From the NCBI GenBank assembly GCA_050290185.1, contig JBNKHE010000002.1, forward strand, positions 160,001 to 224,000: a DNA stretch of 64,000 nucleotides, read 5' to 3'. Positions 1 through 8,693 of the stretch are shown here, in pieces. The DNA is from Pontiella sp. (lineage in GTDB: Bacteria; Verrucomicrobiota; Kiritimatiellia; Kiritimatiellales; Pontiellaceae). Position 1 is the first letter of the stretch; the number at the start of each line of letters is the position of its first letter. Both the position numbers and the translations under genes were made by a program. The notes beneath the pieces were generated by a model. That model saw only the letters and a program-made list of their open reading frames with translations. It was not told the DNA's origin and did no database searches.

Positions 1-1
1 C

Positions 2-280
2 AACCGCGAAGAAAAGGCCAAGCTGGCCGCACTTTCCCCGGAACAGGTGAAGGCCGAAACGCTGGCAGGCGAACCAATCAGCGCCAAGCTCACGAACGCA
101 CCCGCCAACGGCGCGGCCATCGGCGGTCTCAAGGTTTGCACCGAAAACGGCTGGTTCGCCGCCCGTCCATCCGGTACCGAGGACGTCTACAAGATCTACG
201 CCGAAAGCTTCAAGGGCGAGGACCACCTCAAGCAGATCCAGGCCGAAGCCCGCGAGATCGTTAATCAGGCCCTGGCCTGA
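2..280 (+). CDS. pgm: Phosphoglucomutase, C-terminal fragment (5' end outside the window)
   Basis: [30 protein letters not shown] is the C-terminal domain signature of PGM; the frame is open to the window edge. Confidence 0.93.
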   Translation, partial: NREEKAKLAALSPEQVKAETLAGEPISAKLTNAPANGAAIGGLKVCTENGWFAARPSGTEDVYKIYAESFKGEDHLKQIQAEAREIVNQALA

Positions 281-282
281 TT

Positions 283-346
283 CGTGAAGCGTGACGATTG
301 AGTCGTGACCAGATGTAATCACGCCTCACGTTTCAATCGTCACGTC
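283..346. repeat. Heptamer-periodic palindromic intergenic element
   Basis: Left arm CGTGAAG-CGTGACG-ATTGAGT-CGTGACC, right arm TCACGCC-TCACGTT-TCAATCG-TCACGTC; perfect 12-bp inverted repeat at 290-301 / 333-344. Confidence 0.7.
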
Positions 347-383
347 AACATTTCTCTCCATTGCATCCATAGCGGAAACCAAA

Positions 384-824
384 ATGGGTCGACAAAAAAA
401 CAACGGCAAGAAGCGCGGGCGTGGCGGCGCGGGGCAGAACCGCGCCGAGACGGAGGCGTTCCTGAAGAAAAACCGCGGAAAGCCTGACGTTATTGAAACC
501 GCCAGCGGCCTGCAATACACCATCAAAGAACCCGGCACCGGCAAAAGCCCGGATGAGTGGAGCACGGTCGAGGTGAATCAGCGCATCCTGCTCGTCGACG
601 GCACGGTCATCAGCGATACCTATCACAAGCCCGACCCCGACGTCTTCACGATGGCCGAAGCCATCGACGGACTAAAGGAAGGGTTGCCGCTGATGAAGGA
701 GGGCGGAAAGTTCCGCTTTGTGGTTCCCCCCGACCTGGCCTGGGGGAAGCGCGGCGCTGGCGATAAAATCGGCCCCTATGCCGCGCTCATCTTCGATATC
801 CGGCTCGAAAAAGTCCTCGATTAG
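384..824 (+). CDS. FKBP-type peptidyl-prolyl cis-trans isomerase
   Basis: ETASGLQY, IDGLKEGLPLMKEG, VPPDLAWG and IGPYAALIFDIRL motifs of FklB/Mip-like FKBPs. Confidence 0.92.
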   Translation: MGRQKNNGKKRGRGGAGQNRAETEAFLKKNRGKPDVIETASGLQYTIKEPGTGKSPDEWSTVEVNQRILLVDGTVISDTYHKPDPDVFTMAEAIDGLKEGLPLMKEGGKFRFVVPPDLAWGKRGAGDKIGPYAALIFDIRLEKVLD

Positions 825-850
825 CCAGAACAACTCGTTCTTCCCGGCAC

Positions 851-945
851 AAAAAGAGCAGCGTATGGAAAAGAGGAGGGAAACCATACGCCGCTCAAGT
901 GAACCCCAAACCATTGAGTTCGCTACGAAGTAAACCCCACCTCCC
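851..945 (-). ncRNA. Candidate small RNA ending in a terminator hairpin with a CU-rich (anti-SD) loop; 5' end unknown
   Basis: 13-bp stem at 856-868/884-896 and a second hairpin at 901-921; their mismatches become G-U pairs only on the minus strand; U5 tail at 851-855; no minus-strand CDS nearby. Confidence 0.45.
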
Positions 946-988
946 CCGCATCTGTCCATAAAAAACAATAATCTATCGTTTGAGAAAA

Positions 989-1061
989 GGGATTTTAGAC
1001 TAAATCCCATTATCACCAGTCACCTCGTACCCGTTGACACATTCTCGATGGGATTTAGAAT
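989..1061 (+). promoter_or_regulatory. Sigma70-type promoter with repeated operator-like motif
   Basis: TTGACA (1034-1039)-N16-TAGAAT (1056-1061); GGGATTT(T)AG at 989-998, 1000-1008 (reverse) and 1050-1058. Confidence 0.6.
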
Positions 1062-1084
1062 AAAGACGTAAGGAGGTGAATGCT

Positions 1085-1540
1085 ATGTCATTCAATCAAA
1101 CGCGAGATCTGCTGGATGTCGCACGTCAGTTTCATCTGAACCTGTCCGGCGTCTATGGCAAAATGCTGGACCGGGCGGCTTCCGAGGAAACCCGGAACCT
1201 GATCGGCACCTTGATTGATCACGAGCAAATCCTTGAACAACGACTGGGTGAATACGAGGAGGAGGTTTCGGTTAACATACTCGATACCTTCTTCAAGTAT
1301 GTGATCGATGAGCATAAGAAATGCTTTGAAGAGTACACCCTGCCGGAGTCCATGACATCCATGGAGGTGATCGAGGCCACACGACATTTCGACCTGTGCC
1401 TGAGCAACTTCTACAAGGAAATGGCCCAGAAGTCGCTCTCGGAACATGTCCGTGAGGTTTTACTCAACCTGATGCAAATGGAACTGCACGAGCAGATGAC
1501 CCTGAGCAGGCGGACGCTGGAGCTGGTTGCATCCTACTAG
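1085..1540 (+). CDS. Hypothetical helical protein, probable ferritin/rubrerythrin-like fold
   Basis: AGGAGG RBS at 1071-1076 before ATG 1085; two internally similar helix pairs (FHLNLSGVY...LIDHE and FDLCLSNFY...LMQMELHE). Confidence 0.65.
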   Translation: MSFNQTRDLLDVARQFHLNLSGVYGKMLDRAASEETRNLIGTLIDHEQILEQRLGEYEEEVSVNILDTFFKYVIDEHKKCFEEYTLPESMTSMEVIEATRHFDLCLSNFYKEMAQKSLSEHVREVLLNLMQMELHEQMTLSRRTLELVASY

Positions 1541-1607
1541 TGCGCCAATCCTCTTGCTGAAGCCACCCGGATTCCTGCATGGTCTCCCCACAAGACGGAG
1601 ACGTGAT

Positions 1608-2594
1608 ATGCAGGAGATCAGATGGGGAATTATCGGTTGTGGAGGCATTGCACACACATTTGCAACCGGCTTACAGGCGCTGGAGTCGGGAATGCTGCTG
1701 GCCGGATCATCGCGCACGTCAGGCCGCGCAAAGGAGTTTGCGGAAAAGCACCGGATCGCACGTAGCTACTCCAGCTATGAGACGCTGGTAGGCGACGCAG
1801 ATATCGATGCCGTATATGTAGCCACCACCCACAACTTCCATTATGAGAACGTCAAGCTGTGCCTGGAGCACGGAAAGCATGTGCTCTGTGAAAAACCGTT
1901 CACCATCAATGCCGCCCAATCCCGGGAACTGATCGGGCTGGCAAAGGCGAAGAACCTCTTCCTGATGGAGGCGCTATGGACGCGCTTCCTCCCCGCCATT
2001 CAACACATGAAACGGTTGCTGGATGCAGGAACCATCGGAAAGGTCCAGACCGTCTACGCCAACTTCTGCATCGGGAACGACTTTGCTCCGGATCACCGCC
2101 TTCGCAACATCGATTTGGCGGGGGGCTCATTGCTCGACCTCGGCATTTATCCCATCAGCATGGCCGACATCGTGTTCAACACAAAGCCGCAACGCATCCA
2201 AAGCGTAGCCACGATGGACAAGGATACCGGAGTGGATGAACATTCGTGCTATTTCTTCGAATACATCGGCGGCCAAAAAGCCGTACTCTCGGCCAGCTAC
2301 TCCCAATCCGCCCCGGTCGAAGCAATCGTCAGCGGAACCAAGGGCTTTATCCGGCTGCCTCATTTCCTCGGGGCAACGGAACTCCATATCCACCGAACGG
2401 GTGAAGCTCCCGAGGTGCTTGAATTCCCCTACGGGGAAGGAGAAAACTTCAAGTACGAGATCGCCCATGCCATGGAATGCATCGCTGCCGGGAAAACGGA
2501 GAGCGACATCATGCCGCTCTCCAAAACCCTTGAGATCATGGAAACTATGGATGCGCTTCGCGCCCAATGGGGCCTCGCCTATCCGGACGAATAA
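1608..2594 (+). CDS. Gfo/Idh/MocA family NAD(P)-dependent oxidoreductase
   Basis: WGIIGCGGIA, KHVLCEKP and GGSLLDLGIY motifs; GGAG RBS before ATG 1608. Confidence 0.93.
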   Translation: MQEIRWGIIGCGGIAHTFATGLQALESGMLLAGSSRTSGRAKEFAEKHRIARSYSSYETLVGDADIDAVYVATTHNFHYENVKLCLEHGKHVLCEKPFTINAAQSRELIGLAKAKNLFLMEALWTRFLPAIQHMKRLLDAGTIGKVQTVYANFCIGNDFAPDHRLRNIDLAGGSLLDLGIYPISMADIVFNTKPQRIQSVATMDKDTGVDEHSCYFFEYIGGQKAVLSASYSQSAPVEAIVSGTKGFIRLPHFLGATELHIHRTGEAPEVLEFPYGEGENFKYEIAHAMECIAAGKTESDIMPLSKTLEIMETMDALRAQWGLAYPDE

Positions 2595-2604
2595 AGCCGC
2601 GAAC

Positions 2605-5600
2605 TCACGATTCCCTGCGTCTCTCCACCCACTCGTAGATGGAGGGTAAAACGAAAAGCGTGAGGAACGTGGACGTCGTTAACCCGAACACCACGACAGC
2701 GGCGAGCGGGCGTTGGACCTCCGCGCCGGCCCCGTGCGACAGCAACAGGGGCAGCAATCCAAGCAACGTGGTCAACGTGGTCATGATAACCGGCCGGAAT
2801 CGGATGAGGCTACCGTTCAACACGGCATCGCGGACTCCCTGCCCTTCCCTTCGCAGATCGTTGAAGTCGGTCAGCAGTACCATCGCGTCCTGCATCGCGA
2901 TGCCGAACAAGGCGATAAAACCGATCGAGGCAGGCACGGAGAGATATTGTCCCGTTGCCCAAAGCCCGATCACCCCGCCAATCATGGCCAGCGGAACATT
3001 CAGAATTATCATGGCGGCGTGCCGCATTGAATGGAATGTAATCCATAGCAGTATAAAGATGGACACAAGGACTACCGGCACGATGACGCCCAAACGCTTC
3101 ATCGCACTGCGTTGCTGTTCGAACTGCCCGCCATACTCTACAAAAACACCGTTTGGTAGATGAACTTTTTCGGACAGAGCCACCTGTATACCGGTCAGGA
3201 CCTTGCTCAAAGCGCGGCCTTCGATGTTACCCTGTACGATCCAGCGCCGCTGATTGTGCTCGCGATTGATCTGGAGCGGCCCGTCCTCCATCTTGATTGT
3301 TGCCAGCTGATCCAGTCGTAGCAGAGCACCATCATTCGAACGAATAAAGAGCTGCCGCAGGTCATCCGGTGAGGAGCGGAATTCAGGAGCATAGCGAACG
3401 TGAATGCCATAACGGCGGGTATTCCGGTAGAGCGTATCCACCACACGTCCACCAACGGCGGTTTCCACCTGCTCCAGCACGGTTTCGCCTGGCACGCCGT
3501 AGCGGGCCAGCGCTTCGTGATCGAGCACCACTTTGATCTGCGGTTGCCCATGGCTCTGTTCGATCGATAAATCAACAAGCCCTTCGATGTCGGCGATCGC
3601 CTCACGCACCTGCTCCGCCGTTTCGCGGATCTCATCCAGCTTTTCACCGTAGATCTTGATGGCGAGCTGCGCCTTAACGCCGGACAGCAACTCGTCGAAC
3701 TGGTTCTGGATCGGCTGGGATATATTGACGGTAACCCCAGGGTATTCGTCCATCAGGGATCGGATGGACGCGACCATTTTCGGTTTGTCCGCCGTGGACT
3801 CCAATTCCACGTGAAGCTCGGAAAAATTGACCGGATGCGGATGACTCCCCGCCTCCGGACGGCCGATGCGTGTGACCACTGTTTTGACGCCGTCGACCTG
3901 CATGACCTCCGCGGCAACACGCTTCATGGTTTCCTGGGCTTCCTCCAGCGAAATCGATGGCGCCATGCCGACCGAAACCATGCTGGAACCCTCCTCCAGC
4001 ACCGGAATAAATTCGGTGCCGATCGTACGCAGACTGAAGATCGCCAGCACCGAAAGCACGCCCACACCGATAAAAACAAGCGCCTTGGCCTTGAGCGCCC
4101 CTAAAAGCAACCGGCGATAGCCCTCCTTGAGACGGCGATAAAAACGTGATTCCTTGCAGGGGTTTTCGCGGAGTAGCCAGCTCGCCAGCACCGGCGCGAT
4201 GACCAGAGCAAATACAATCGATCCGCCCAGGGCCAGCATCACCGTATAGGCCAGCGGCTTGAACATTTTACCTTCCACCGCCTGGAACGACAGAATAGGA
4301 AGAAACACCACGATGACGATCAGGATGGCATACGCGATCGGACGGCCGACCTCCTTGGTGGCATCGTGAATCAGTTGGATACGATCCGATTTCCCGTCCC
4401 GCCTCATACCCAGGAAACGGTGGATGTTTTCCGTTACGACAATCGAACCATCCACGAGCATACCCAGCGCAACGGCAATACCGCCGAGCGACATCAGATT
4501 GGCCGAAATACCAAAATGCTCCATGCCGATGAATGCCACCAGCGCGCAAAACGGCATGGCCAGCGAAACGATGATTGCGGCCCGGAAGCAACCGAGAAAG
4601 GCAAACAATACGAGCAACACCAGCACCATTCCCTGCAGCAAGGCCATCTTGACGGTGCGCGTGGCATTTTCAACCAGATCGGCCTGCTCGTAATAGGGTA
4701 CCAGATGCACGCCCGATGGGAGTCCCGCCTGCACCTGCTCCACTTTCTCGTACAGGCGTTCAATGACCTCGGATGAATTGGCTCCATAGAGCTTCATGAC
4801 GATTCCAGAAACCACTTCATCGCCGGCATTGTGCGTCACCACACCGCGTCGCAGCGCCTTGCCATGCGTTACTTCCGCCACATCGCCGATCGAAACCGGT
4901 GTTCCATCAGACGTTTTAAGCGTAATTCCGCGGATATCATCTAGGCTTTGCAGTAATCCGATTCCGCGCACCAAATGTTCTTCCGAATTGATGGGAAGAT
5001 ACTGCCCACCCACGTTGCGGTTGTTTTGCTGAATGGCGCTCACCACATCCTCAATCGCCAGACCGTACTGGAGCAACAGATAAGGATCGAGCCGGACCTG
5101 ATATTGCAGGACATGGCCACCGGCACTCAGAATATCCGTCACGCCGGGTACGGTTTGCAACTGGCGCTTTACGACCCAGTCGTTGAGGTCGCGCAGATAG
5201 ATCAACGGATCCAACCCGCCGGTATCAGCTCCGTCCTCCAGATCCAGGTAATAGAGAAAAACCTGCCCAAGCCCGCTGGAGATGGGGCCCAGCGTCGGCG
5301 GTTCGCGGAGATTCGGCAGGTCGGCCATCGCCGCGGTTAGCCGCTCCGACACCAGCTGGCGGGCAAAATAGATGTCGGTGTCGTCGGTAAAGTAGACGTA
5401 CACCACCGCCATGCCGAACGCGGAGGTCGATTTAATCTGCGTCACGTTCGGCAAACCGTTCATCGCCGTTTCAATGGGATAGGCCACCAGCTGTTCAACT
5501 TCCTCCGGCGCCATGCCATCGGCTTCTGCAAAGACGGGCACCATGATTGGCGAGATATCCGGAAAGGCCTCCACCTCAAGCCGACGGTATTCAAAGATTC

Positions 5601-5679
5601 CAAGCCCCACAACCCCAAGCAGCGCCAGCAGTACCAGCCCGCGGTTCTTGAGTACGGCATTGATTATGCGTTCAATCAT
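2605..5679 (-). CDS. czcA: CusA/CzcA family heavy-metal efflux RND permease
   Basis: 1024 aa; EAFPDIS, ANLMSLGG, GMLVDGSIVVTEN, RFRPVIMT and EVQRPLAAVV motifs. Confidence 0.92.
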   Translation of the reverse strand: MIERIINAVLKNRGLVLLALLGVVGLGIFEYRRLEVEAFPDISPIMVPVFAEADGMAPEEVEQLVAYPIETAMNGLPNVTQIKSTSAFGMAVVYVYFTDDTDIYFARQLVSERLTAAMADLPNLREPPTLGPISSGLGQVFLYYLDLEDGADTGGLDPLIYLRDLNDWVVKRQLQTVPGVTDILSAGGHVLQYQVRLDPYLLLQYGLAIEDVVSAIQQNNRNVGGQYLPINSEEHLVRGIGLLQSLDDIRGITLKTSDGTPVSIGDVAEVTHGKALRRGVVTHNAGDEVVSGIVMKLYGANSSEVIERLYEKVEQVQAGLPSGVHLVPYYEQADLVENATRTVKMALLQGMVLVLLVLFAFLGCFRAAIIVSLAMPFCALVAFIGMEHFGISANLMSLGGIAVALGMLVDGSIVVTENIHRFLGMRRDGKSDRIQLIHDATKEVGRPIAYAILIVIVVFLPILSFQAVEGKMFKPLAYTVMLALGGSIVFALVIAPVLASWLLRENPCKESRFYRRLKEGYRRLLLGALKAKALVFIGVGVLSVLAIFSLRTIGTEFIPVLEEGSSMVSVGMAPSISLEEAQETMKRVAAEVMQVDGVKTVVTRIGRPEAGSHPHPVNFSELHVELESTADKPKMVASIRSLMDEYPGVTVNISQPIQNQFDELLSGVKAQLAIKIYGEKLDEIRETAEQVREAIADIEGLVDLSIEQSHGQPQIKVVLDHEALARYGVPGETVLEQVETAVGGRVVDTLYRNTRRYGIHVRYAPEFRSSPDDLRQLFIRSNDGALLRLDQLATIKMEDGPLQINREHNQRRWIVQGNIEGRALSKVLTGIQVALSEKVHLPNGVFVEYGGQFEQQRSAMKRLGVIVPVVLVSIFILLWITFHSMRHAAMIILNVPLAMIGGVIGLWATGQYLSVPASIGFIALFGIAMQDAMVLLTDFNDLRREGQGVRDAVLNGSLIRFRPVIMTTLTTLLGLLPLLLSHGAGAEVQRPLAAVVVFGLTTSTFLTLFVLPSIYEWVERRRES

Positions 5680-5687
5680 ACTGCCCC

Positions 5688-6761
5688 CTAATGGTTGTGT
5701 CCGGCGTGCGGATCCATGCCGCTGGTGATCAGCTCGGCCTTCAGCGTGAATGCGCCGGCAGCGACATAGCGTTCGCCCGGCTCCAGCCCATGCGTGATCT
5801 CGATAAAGTGATCATCGGCCAATCCCGTTCCAACCGTCACCGGCTCGTAACCATGCTCATCCGGAACAAATACAGTCGGTTCTCCATCGATCATTTGAAC
5901 GGCAGCGCGTTCGATACGAACAACGACATCGGCCGTCTCCGTTGTGATACGCGCCCGGACAAAGACGCCAGGCGTAAAATCCTCCCCGGCGTCCTTTAGA
6001 ATGCAGCGAGCCGTAAACGTGCGCGTTTCATGCGAGACAATCGGACTGATGTATTTAACGACCGCTTGCGCGCTGTGCCCGTCGTGCGCGACGAACTCAA
6101 CCGGCATCCCTTTTTTGATTAAATGCTGGTACTGCGGAAAGATGTTGATGTCCGCCCAGACCGTCTCCAGATTGGCGACCTCATACAAAACCTTGCCCGC
6201 TTCGACGGTTTCTCCGACCGATAAATCCTTTGAAATGATGGCGCCGTCCAATGGGGCAGATACGCTATAGACTGCCAGCGTTTCGCGATTTTCCAACGAA
6301 GCCAGAAGATCTCCTTTTTTTACTTCATCGCCAATCTCGGCAAACACCTGGCGAACCACACTGTCATAACGAGGCGACACGCCGGCCATACGGTCACGGT
6401 TCAGCTTGATCTCTGCGGGAAAGACCGATGTCCTGCCGATTATTCCGGCGGAAGCCTCGTACACTTGGATGCCGACTTCGTCGGCCATGTCGCCATGGAC
6501 CTCAATCCCACCTTCCGTGCCGAGGTCGTGTTCTGCATGCTCATCGTGTTCCGCGTGATCCTCTGCAGTGGCCTCATGATTTTGCGGGTCCAGTTCCGCC
6601 TCCAGTCCGGCCAATTCGGGGAGCGAGAAGCCGGTTTCTCCGGAAGCGGCTTTTGCACGGCAGTCGGGACAATCGCAGGCAAGCGTTTCATTGGTGGCCT
6701 GCTGGGCAAAGGCATAGCCTCCCGCCAGTAGAAGTATTAAGAGAGTTGTTGTTGTTTTCAT
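5688..6761 (-). CDS. czcB: CzcB-like RND periplasmic adaptor with Cys/His-rich N-terminus
   Basis: Signal peptide, CDCPDC, EDHAEHDEHAEH, lipoyl/beta-barrel MFP motifs (GDEVKKGDLL, GLEPGERYV), C-terminal HAGHNH. Confidence 0.88.
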   Translation of the reverse strand: MKTTTTLLILLLAGGYAFAQQATNETLACDCPDCRAKAASGETGFSLPELAGLEAELDPQNHEATAEDHAEHDEHAEHDLGTEGGIEVHGDMADEVGIQVYEASAGIIGRTSVFPAEIKLNRDRMAGVSPRYDSVVRQVFAEIGDEVKKGDLLASLENRETLAVYSVSAPLDGAIISKDLSVGETVEAGKVLYEVANLETVWADINIFPQYQHLIKKGMPVEFVAHDGHSAQAVVKYISPIVSHETRTFTARCILKDAGEDFTPGVFVRARITTETADVVVRIERAAVQMIDGEPTVFVPDEHGYEPVTVGTGLADDHFIEITHGLEPGERYVAAGAFTLKAELITSGMDPHAGHNH

Positions 6762-7969
6762 TTGGTTTCCTTCCTGAATTTCAAAAGTTCGGCTTTGAGG
6801 CGATGGGCTTCCAGCACGCTTTCGATGTAGCGTATGCGGATCCCGGCCAGATGCTGCTGAGCGGAAATCAGCTCGAGCCAGGAAAAACGGCCGGCCTCGT
6901 AGCCCTCGCGGCTGATAGCATAGGCCTGCTCCGCCTTGGGGAGCAGGTTGTCGCGGGTGAGATCGACCTCCACGACCGCCCCTTTATGGCGTTCGTTCAG
7001 GGTATCCAGCTCCTGCTGCAGCCGGCGACGGGCCTCAGCGCCAGCGGCCCGGACGGCATCGGCATGCATTACACCGGCGGCGTGTTCCGCACGGCCACGG
7101 CGATTGAAGCTCAACGGCATCGATGCGGATAGGAAAAACGTACTGACGTCATTGGCCGCCTCGCGTTTGTAGCCCGCTCCCAGCGTAATATCGGTGATAT
7201 CCTGCGCACGTGCCCGCTCCGCCTCAGCCCGAATCCGCTCCTCTTCCGCCTCGAAGCGCATCAGGGTAGGATAGCTGCGGTCCAGTGCCAAATCCGCATC
7301 GGTCCTCACGTCATAGTAGGGCCCTTCGACCAACGGGAGCTCTCTGGCGGGCATACCCAGCAATGAAGCCAGATCGGACTTGGCCGCCGCGAGATCGCCG
7401 AAGCAACACGTCTGCGACAGCACCGTCTCTTCGAGCGCAAGTTCGGCCTGCACCTTTTCAAGTTCCGACCCGGCGCCGGCTTCCAGCCGACGGTTTGCGA
7501 CTTCCACGAAGGCGCGCGCCAGCTCCATCTGCTCATCGCGCACCTTGCCGATCTCCTGCTGGGCCAGCAGTGCCATGAAGGCGTGACGCACCTCGGTATC
7601 AAGCTGCAACATCGTTTCGGCCACCGTAGCCCTAGACACGGTGACCGCAAGCTCGGCCGCCGCACGCTCTTTATGCCGCTTGCCGCCGAACTGAAACTCC
7701 TGCTTGATGCCGAGGTTGTATTCAGCGTCCCCGTACAGGTCCAGATCGCCGCCAACACCTTCGGCCTCAAAGCGCAGCAAGGGGTTGGACCACAATCCGG
7801 TTGCACCTACGGCAGCCTGGACGGCATTCTGCTCGAGACCGGCGGCGCGCAAGGCGGGTGAATGGGTGCGGGCAAGCGCAAGCGCCTGCTCCAAGGTTAA
7901 CGGCTGGTTGGTTTCGGCAAATCCGGCAACGGCCAGCAGGCCGTAGCACAACATGGCTAGGTGTTTCAT
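6758..7969 (-). CDS. czcC: CzcC/TolC family outer-membrane factor
   Basis: LTLEQALALA, RRLEAGAGSELE and GYEAGRFSWLELISAQ motifs; 4-nt overlap with czcB. Confidence 0.88.
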   Translation of the reverse strand: MKHLAMLCYGLLAVAGFAETNQPLTLEQALALARTHSPALRAAGLEQNAVQAAVGATGLWSNPLLRFEAEGVGGDLDLYGDAEYNLGIKQEFQFGGKRHKERAAAELAVTVSRATVAETMLQLDTEVRHAFMALLAQQEIGKVRDEQMELARAFVEVANRRLEAGAGSELEKVQAELALEETVLSQTCCFGDLAAAKSDLASLLGMPARELPLVEGPYYDVRTDADLALDRSYPTLMRFEAEEERIRAEAERARAQDITDITLGAGYKREAANDVSTFFLSASMPLSFNRRGRAEHAAGVMHADAVRAAGAEARRRLQQELDTLNERHKGAVVEVDLTRDNLLPKAEQAYAISREGYEAGRFSWLELISAQQHLAGIRIRYIESVLEAHRLKAELLKFRKETK

Positions 7970-8018
7970 AGGTACTCCTGATTAATGGTTCTTCGTGCGC
8001 GAGCGATACGAAGAAGCA

Positions 8019-8363
8019 TCAAGTCAGGAGTTGAACGGTCTTCAATGCAATCAATGTGTCCGAAGGCCTGGAAGTGGCAAGGACGCAGAATGACCGGGGT
8101 TCGGCCAGAATGAATAGCGGGACTTTCGAAAGCTGGAAACCGAAAGGGACACTCACACTGAGCGACCGAACCAACTCAACCTTCTGGTCGGAACATGGGA
8201 CTTCATCACAGGAGTGGCAATGGCATTCATGGTGGGCAAATGAACACAGCCCGGCTCCATGCATATCCTTATGCAAATGATCCGCGGCCGAAACGGTATG
8301 CAGGCACGGCCAGGTTGCCGCAACCCACACCATCAGCACCAGCGTGTACTTAAACCATTTCAT
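8019..8363 (-). CDS. Small exported His/Cys-rich putative metal-binding protein (CzcI-like position)
   Basis: Hydrophobic N-terminus, DHLHKDMH, HHECHCHSCDEVPC; first gene upstream of czcCBA. Confidence 0.65.
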   Translation of the reverse strand: MKWFKYTLVLMVWVAATWPCLHTVSAADHLHKDMHGAGLCSFAHHECHCHSCDEVPCSDQKVELVRSLSVSVPFGFQLSKVPLFILAEPRSFCVLATSRPSDTLIALKTVQLLT

Positions 8364-8398
8364 GAAAAATCAAAGACCCATTAGCATCGGACTCTGTT

Positions 8399-8434
8399 CA
8401 AAAAAAAACCGCCACGAGGTTTCGGGGCGGCTTT
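8399..8434 (-). terminator. Rho-independent terminator after rubredoxin
   Basis: CCGCCCCGA-AACC-TCGTGGCGG stem followed by a long U run on the minus strand. Confidence 0.75.
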
Positions 8435-8451
8435 CAGATTCCTGGCTGAAC

Positions 8452-8613
8452 CTAGCTGAGCGGGCTGAAGTCATCCTTGCCGACGCCGCATTCCGGGCAT
8501 TCCCAATCATCGGGGATGTCCTCAAAGGCAGTACCGGGGGCAATTCCACTATCGGGATCACCAACTTCGGGGTCATAGATCCAGCCACACACGTCGCAAA
8601 TATATTTTTTCAT
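8452..8613 (-). CDS. Rubredoxin (53 aa; absent from the ORF track)
   Basis: Manual translation [53 protein letters not shown] with two CxxCG knuckles; AAGGAG RBS. Confidence 0.97.
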   Translation of the reverse strand: MKKYICDVCGWIYDPEVGDPDSGIAPGTAFEDIPDDWECPECGVGKDDFSPLS

Positions 8614-8693
8614 GGTCTACTCCTTGATTTAAAATTCCGGGAGATGATTCCGATATTTTATGGCTGCCGCAAGGGGATTTTTTCCTGAATTGC

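Noticed and set aside
1000..1058. Invertible promoter between 11-bp inverted repeats
   Set aside because: The spacer is only 37 bp, no recombinase is in the window, and a third motif copy favours operator sites
8344..8688. ORF-track calls 8344-8688 (+), 8370-8588 (-) and 8573-8776 (-)
   Set aside because: Off-frame or antisense readings of the real rubredoxin gene at 8452-8613
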